The position numbers were made by a program, and so were the translations under genes. The notes beneath the pieces were generated by a model. The model searched no databases, had not been told where the DNA came from, and saw nothing but the letters and a program-made list of their open reading frames with translations. DNA of 64,000 nt from Amphiscolops sp. MND2022 (lineage: Eukaryota): the NCBI GenBank assembly GCA_964187785.1, contig OZ076409.1, positions 91,514,001 through 91,578,000 of the forward strand. The letters run 5' to 3'. Of this stretch, positions 61,421-64,000 are shown in pieces; the stretch's first letter is position 1; each line of letters opens with the position of its first letter.

Positions 61421-62272
61421 ATGAACCTGAAACAAAAAATAGCTAAAGAAATATTCTCTCCTGTAGTTAAAAAATTTGACCGCATCCAAATACAAACTCA
61501 CTATAAAGATGAGTGTTGGAGTATTGATCTGATAGACCGATCTAGCTTAGCAAAATACAACAAAAACTACAAGTTTATTTTTACAATAATTGACAATCAT
61601 ACTAAATTTGCATGGGCGATTCCTCTTAAAGATAAATCAGGAAAAAGTACAACGACTGCATTCAAGAAACTAATAGAAACTAGTAAAAGAAAACCCGAAG
61701 AAGTGTGGTCGGATAGAGGTAAAGAGTTCTATAATAAAACATTTTTGGATTTTCTTAAACAAAATGAAATACAAATTTATTCAACTCACTCAGATTTGAA
61801 AGCTGTTTTTGTTGAACGTTTCAATAGAACATTATTAGATCTTATCAAAGAACCGATGTATATTGAAGGTAAAGCTTGTTGGTTGAATCATATTAACAGT
61901 GCTTTGGATAAGTATAATAATCGTGTGCATACCACAACCTGCATGACACCGTTTGAAGCTAGTAATAAACCAATAGATCCACCTACTTTTGTTAATAAAC
62001 CGAAACAACCCAAATTTCAAGTGGGAGACTATGTAAGAGTTCCTGATAAAAGGAACATTTATTCAAAAGGCTATACAACAAATTGGAATAGAGAACTTTT
62101 TAAAATACAAGAAATTAATCCAACTAACCCCATAACCTATACTTTAGAAGACGAAAACAACGAGCAAATAGCAGGAAAATATTATGAACAAGAACTTTTA
62201 AGAAGTGTATTCAACTTTGAATCTAATAACAAAACGTTAGAAAGTATGAATATTTTCCATCAGTTTGAGTAA
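61421..62272 (+). CDS. Retroviral-like (c-) integrase
   Basis: WSIDLID, SDRGKEF and VERFNRT (DDE); C-terminal FQVGDYVR..NW..ELF..YYEQEL. Confidence 0.95.
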   Translation: MNLKQKIAKEIFSPVVKKFDRIQIQTHYKDECWSIDLIDRSSLAKYNKNYKFIFTIIDNHTKFAWAIPLKDKSGKSTTTAFKKLIETSKRKPEEVWSDRGKEFYNKTFLDFLKQNEIQIYSTHSDLKAVFVERFNRTLLDLIKEPMYIEGKACWLNHINSALDKYNNRVHTTTCMTPFEASNKPIDPPTFVNKPKQPKFQVGDYVRVPDKRNIYSKGYTTNWNRELFKIQEINPTNPITYTLEDENNEQIAGKYYEQELLRSVFNFESNNKTLESMNIFHQFE

Positions 62273-62292
62273 TTATGCTAAAATAAATAAGA

Positions 62293-62982
62293 ATGTCATT
62301 ACATAAGTTTGGTTATAGTGCTGAAAGCCTACAAAAAGACAAGATTGAGAATCTTGAAAAAGAATTGGAGTCACAAACCAAATTATTCAACTTAAAACTT
62401 TATGATTTGTCTAATAATTTAGAAAATTTTACTAACCTACAAGAAGTTATATTTGACAACGGTGAAACAAAGGTATTAGTCAATGCAAAAACGTTTGTAG
62501 ACATAAACAAAAATATAGAAGATATAAAAATAAATTTGAAATACTTAGAACAAGATATTAAAAATAAATTATTAGAAAAGAAGAAAGAAATAATTTTGGA
62601 TGCTGCTAAGTTGGTAGAAGAACAACAAACCATTTTGCGAAATAGTTTCGAGAGAAACCTTATTTCAGAATTGGAAAAAAGCAAAAACCAAGCAGTCAAG
62701 GATGTTATACAACTACTGTATAGCAAAGGATTGTTTGACTCATTTGAAAATAAGGACCAAATATTCCAGTCGTATTTGACCTTCTCAAACCAATACTTGC
62801 TTGAAAAATACGGAACAGAAATAAAGACATCAGATGGTGTGTATTATTTATCAGACTTGGACTATTCAACGAGAGAAGATATTGTGAAGTGTTTAAAAAA
62901 AGATGAATACAAAGATATAGTTGACCTTAAATATAGAATGAAACTAACCACGAGTGAAATCAATTTCATACTTTTTGACTAA
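62293..62982 (+). CDS. Hypothetical coiled-coil protein
   Basis: 229-aa ORF packed tightly into the viral-type gene array. Confidence 0.7.
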   Translation: MSLHKFGYSAESLQKDKIENLEKELESQTKLFNLKLYDLSNNLENFTNLQEVIFDNGETKVLVNAKTFVDINKNIEDIKINLKYLEQDIKNKLLEKKKEIILDAAKLVEEQQTILRNSFERNLISELEKSKNQAVKDVIQLLYSKGLFDSFENKDQIFQSYLTFSNQYLLEKYGTEIKTSDGVYYLSDLDYSTREDIVKCLKKDEYKDIVDLKYRMKLTTSEINFILFD

Positions 62983-62986
62983 ATAA

Positions 62987-63523
62987 ATGAATGAAAAATT
63001 ATACCCCAGGTTGCAACCACAAGTAGATAGTTTAGAGCAACACCTAAACCTACGATTGAAAGAAATAAATAGTTTCAATAATTCAATTCAAAATATAAAA
63101 GATATTAAAAATTTTTATAATCATGAAGCCAAAAAGTATAAAAAGAAAAGTAAACAATACAAGCTCATAAATTGTTTAATACAATCTGTTGATGGTGTTT
63201 CAATACTAGCTGTATCATCAACATGTGTCACTCTCAGCATTACTGGAGTTGGACTGGTTGTTGTCCCCGTTGCTAGTGGTATTGGTGCAGGTTTATGTAT
63301 AATCAGTAAGCTTCTTGGTGAGTACCTGAAAAGAAAAGAACAACACAATCTTAAGAAATATACCCTTGCTGGTAGAACACTACATGATTTCTGTAAACTA
63401 CATTCAAAATGTTTAGAAGACAATAAAATCGATCTGAATGAATATAACAAACTAAAACAATCTTATGATACATACAAAACGAACAAAACTAAACTAAATT
63501 CTGAGTTTACTTTTTTAGGCTAA
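62987..63523 (+). CDS. Hypothetical membrane protein with a central hydrophobic hairpin
   Basis: About 50 hydrophobic, Gly-rich residues flanked by basic coiled coils. Confidence 0.75.
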   Translation: MNEKLYPRLQPQVDSLEQHLNLRLKEINSFNNSIQNIKDIKNFYNHEAKKYKKKSKQYKLINCLIQSVDGVSILAVSSTCVTLSITGVGLVVVPVASGIGAGLCIISKLLGEYLKRKEQHNLKKYTLAGRTLHDFCKLHSKCLEDNKIDLNEYNKLKQSYDTYKTNKTKLNSEFTFLG

Positions 63524-63581
63524 CATTATTTAGTAAAAACAATATCAGTATAAATTTTAAATCATGATTTTTTGTATATAA

Positions 63582-64000
63582 ATGGAATTATTTTCTTTGA
63601 AAAATAAATATGTTCTCGATAATCCAATTCATAAAATTGATTTTATTAAATACTCGCCTAGTAGTTTAGCTACAATCAACAACAATAATTCAAATATTTC
63701 CATCATTTTCCCAAGAGAAGATGCTTATATTTGTTTACAAAACTCATACATTAGTCTAGAATTTGAAGTTCTTAAAAACGATAACACACGCTACCTAGAC
63801 AACGACCAAATAAGCTTGGTCAACTTTGGGCCTGTTGCTTTATTTAGTGAAGCTAAACTTGTGACATCATCAGGAAAGCATCTTGAGAAAGTTGATAACC
63901 TACACCCAGTATGTTTAATGTACAAGCTTTTGACTATCAACCAACAAACAAGTCAATTGATGTACAGATTTGAAGAATCAGAAAACACCAGGCGATTAGA
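63582..64000 (+). CDS. Major capsid protein (double jelly-roll), N-terminus, truncated by the window end
   Basis: Open frame MELFSLKNK...ISIIFPREDAYICLQNSYISLEFEV...NFGPVALFSEAKL..SSGKHLEKV resembles Polinton MCP N-termini. Confidence 0.8.
   Translation, partial: MELFSLKNKYVLDNPIHKIDFIKYSPSSLATINNNNSNISIIFPREDAYICLQNSYISLEFEVLKNDNTRYLDNDQISLVNFGPVALFSEAKLVTSSGKHLEKVDNLHPVCLMYKLLTINQQTSQLMYRFEESENTRRL

Larger units (their letters stand above)
54484..64000. mobile_element. Maverick/Polinton (adintovirus-like) endogenous element; left boundary tentative, runs off the window
   Basis: Compact intronless AT-rich gene array with adenain-like protease, minor capsid, A32-type ATPase, c-integrase and major capsid; AGTAGT at 54484. 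Confidence 0.9.

Overview
Eukaryotic, repeat-dominated window, probably from an invertebrate animal; no prokaryotic features. Family assignments come from motif recognition by eye, with no database search. Main contents: (1) Two young, related ~15.7-kb Ty3/Gypsy LTR retrotransposons on the minus strand, 697 bp apart (A 6015-21693, TSD GTGTA; B 22391-38125, TSD CAAAG). Each has 2.1-kb LTRs, a gag that starts inside the LTR, a -1 frameshift into PR-RT-RNaseH-IN pol, and a ~5-kb accessory block. That block holds an ANTISENSE multi-intron gene (~1055-1065 aa) resembling a catalytically dead hAT transposase with a zinc finger, a divergent internal promoter, and a sense ORF3 with a SUMO-interacting motif that reads into the 3' LTR. 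(2) Nested MITEs and a decayed short-LTR Gypsy element (40653-45817, TSD CGAAG). (3) A threefold ~1.35-kb tandem duplication carrying a hAT MITE and a MULE transposase 3' end. (4) The first coding exons of a host ankyrin-repeat gene. (5) From ~54.5 kb to the window end, a Maverick/Polinton (adintovirus-like) element with protease, minor capsid, packaging ATPase, integrase and major capsid start, preceded by a branched ~136-nt hairpin and a 103-bp tandem array. The most novel-looking system is the LTR retrotransposon family carrying a spliced antisense transposase-derived gene plus a SIM protein.
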